Positions 62,001 through 64,000 of a stretch of DNA of 64,000 nucleotides are shown piece after piece. The DNA comes from Tricharina praecox. Its lineage: Eukaryota. The notes under the pieces were generated by a model. The model ran no database searches. It saw nothing but the letters and a program-made list of their open reading frames with translations, and had not been told where the DNA came from. Made by a program: the position numbers and the translations under genes. The stretch covers positions 1,612,001-1,676,000 of the forward strand of contig NW_026250403.1 in the NCBI RefSeq assembly GCF_024521635.1. Direction: 5' to 3'. The first letter of the stretch is position 1, and each line of letters opens with the position of its first letter.

Positions 62001-62761
62001 TTGGAACCCCCACGTCCACGTCTGCAACGATGCAAACAGCCCCCGCGACACTGATACGCTTCAGACGGGCAGGATTTAGGCAACGAAAGCTCGAAGGTGA
62101 GTGGTGCAGTTGGCTGGTGCCCTCTTCCTTCTCCTGCCTATGGGCCCTGGTACCCGTATGTAGCAATCTTCTGGCGGACCGCTATGGGTATTGACCTAGG
62201 AAGGTCTTTGCAGCAGTAGGTATCCAACAATCCATTCGCATTCCTTTTTTTCTCTTCGCTCCCCCCACCCCTCCTACTATATCCCGCTATATCCGTTAAC
62301 CACAACGTAGAAAGAAAACACATCGGCGTTCCACCCAGCGTTTTCACCGACGATCAAGCTGCAACTACAAGGCAGATTTCGATAGTCGAGGCCACGGAGG
62401 GTACCTATCACCGGCATTCCATACGCGCTTCGAACTTAGCATCACTTGATCAAGCCGTTTGCTCGTAACTCGGCCGTTCATGCCAACAGTGCAGTGATGG
62501 CTCGTGGACCTTCCTCCAGCCAGCCAGCCAGCCAGCCAGCAAGCAAGCATTGTTGGATAGGTAGACGAGAGGACGGCTAGGTACTGGCAGATCAGTCTCG
62601 ATTCCTCGACCTAGAGAAGGATAAAGTCCTCTTGACAGCTGGTTCAACACTGCAGGCTTCCCACCAGGTGTTCTCGTGGGCCGTTCTATCTCAGAGGCCG
62701 CTGGGCTCAGGTGGGAGAGCACGTAGAGTAAGTGCCTCCATTCCACTCCACTGACACATAT

Positions 62762-62894
62762 CGACAGTCGACTTCGCAGTTGTCGAGGCTGGACACGAAG
62801 GGGAACATGCGCATCGATCAGCCTACCGACAGTCGACTCCGCAGTTGTAACTTCTTAAGACACGAAGGAGAACATGCGCATCGATGAGCCCTAC
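62762..62894. repeat. Imperfect ~65-bp tandem duplication
   Basis: cgacagtcgact.cgcagttgt...gacacgaagg.gaacatgcgcatcgat.agcc occurs at 62762 and 62827. Confidence 0.85.
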
Positions 62895-64000
62895 CTACCG
62901 TCCATTCAAACCTCCTCGGTGTTGCCGTGAAGCCTGTTGACGGTTGCACAACTCCGCTTTCGCCGTCGAGTACGCCTTACCTACATGTCGGATTCGATCA
63001 CGACGTCCGACTCGGCGTTCATACCGAACGGCAGTGCATAAGCTAGCCTTCCCTTCGCCGCCCTTTCCACGAAGATGTGATGTTTATTCCTCTACTCCTC
63101 TAGACGTGCTTCGTGCATTCAAGAAGAATGTCGTGTCCGAGGCAAGGCGTTATCTGGAATCAGGTTACATAGTTATCCCGAAGATCACAATACCGTAGTT
63201 ATCGCCGTATAACGGTATGTACGGGCCGTACGGCTGAAGCCCGAGGGTCCAATAGAAACCTGCCATGTTATGTTTTGCTTTTGGCGTTTTGTTTTTCCAT
63301 CGATTGCTTGCGACATATCTAGATCGTGGCAAAACATGCGCACGCCATTTCCGTGTCCGCTCTCAAACATGACCGAGGTCAAGCGGTCCAATATGGTCGT
63401 GACCTTTCCCAGAGATATGTACCTGTAGAGCGCATCAACGAAGTGAAGTTAGCAAAATAAACGTTCGCTCATCACTCCGCCTCGTCTTATGCCTCTCCAT
63501 CATGAGATGTCATGATGGAGGGTGCGGAGGAACATCCGGAGTGACCTTCGTTCCTCAACCTCATCACCCTCCTCCTCCTCTCCGCCTGTCTTCCCCCCCG
63601 CTCCCACAACTCCGACTCCAACGCCTCCTAGCTGCGTCTTCCCCAGCGGCCCTGGGAATCCGCCTACCCACAGCAAGCCCACAGCAGTGGTGGCCAGAAA
63701 GGCCAAGACAGGCGAAACGCCGATACGCCGAAGGGGGCTGAGCACAATGAGCGTCGAGTGAGACGCAGTGACCCATGTAATCTCGCAGTGTGCCTTGCGT
63801 GTGATGTATGTGATGCACAAGGTCCGAGAGGAATTTCGAACACGATAGGTATCAATGGAATCCGAACCAGAACTGTGGGAAGCCTCGCAGAATCGCAGTT
63901 TTGCGCCTTGCGGAAGTTTGTGTCTCGCTATACATTTGCGAAATTAAGATTGTCGCCCTGAATTGAAGATGTTCCAATCGCTGCGAGTATTCTTGGTTGC

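Noticed and set aside
59100..64000. Short ORFs at the right end, including 63500-63820
   Set aside because: No recognisable domains or consistent exon structure. A degraded or window-truncated gene cannot be excluded.
1..64000. tRNA, rRNA, snoRNA genes or CRISPR arrays
   Set aside because: None recognised by eye. tRNAscan-SE and Infernal/Rfam would be needed to exclude small RNAs.

Overview
Eukaryotic, intron-containing DNA from a filamentous ascomycete. A Pezizomycetes-like lineage is my inference from gene style and un-RIPped transposons, not proven. Left to right: (1) a ~40-copy (CACCACT)n heptamer array; (2) a complete group III hybrid histidine kinase gene (nik1/os-1, minus strand) with a ~10 kb gene-free upstream region; (3) a dense housekeeping block at 16.3-39.5 kb: membrane DnaJ protein, RPA43, UbcH10-type E2, Ies4, RanBPM-like SPRY/CTLH protein, EFM3, MDM12, RPC34, TOM6, RPB2 and an F-box protein; (4) an accessory segment with an intronless 645-aa ORF that looks like the C-terminal half of a SNF2/ATRX-type remodeler with degenerate motifs, plus GTAC-rich repeats; (5) a ~12.7 kb nest of Ty3/gypsy chromoviral LTR retrotransposons at 43751-56408; (6) an RTA1-family gene and non-coding DNA. 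The nest holds one near-complete element with a visible self-priming PBS and -1 frameshift signal, a truncated inverted sister copy, remnants of a second family, stacked LTR termini and a hybrid LTR that records a recombinational deletion. Exon boundaries, alignments and mismatch counts were done by eye, and no database searches were run.
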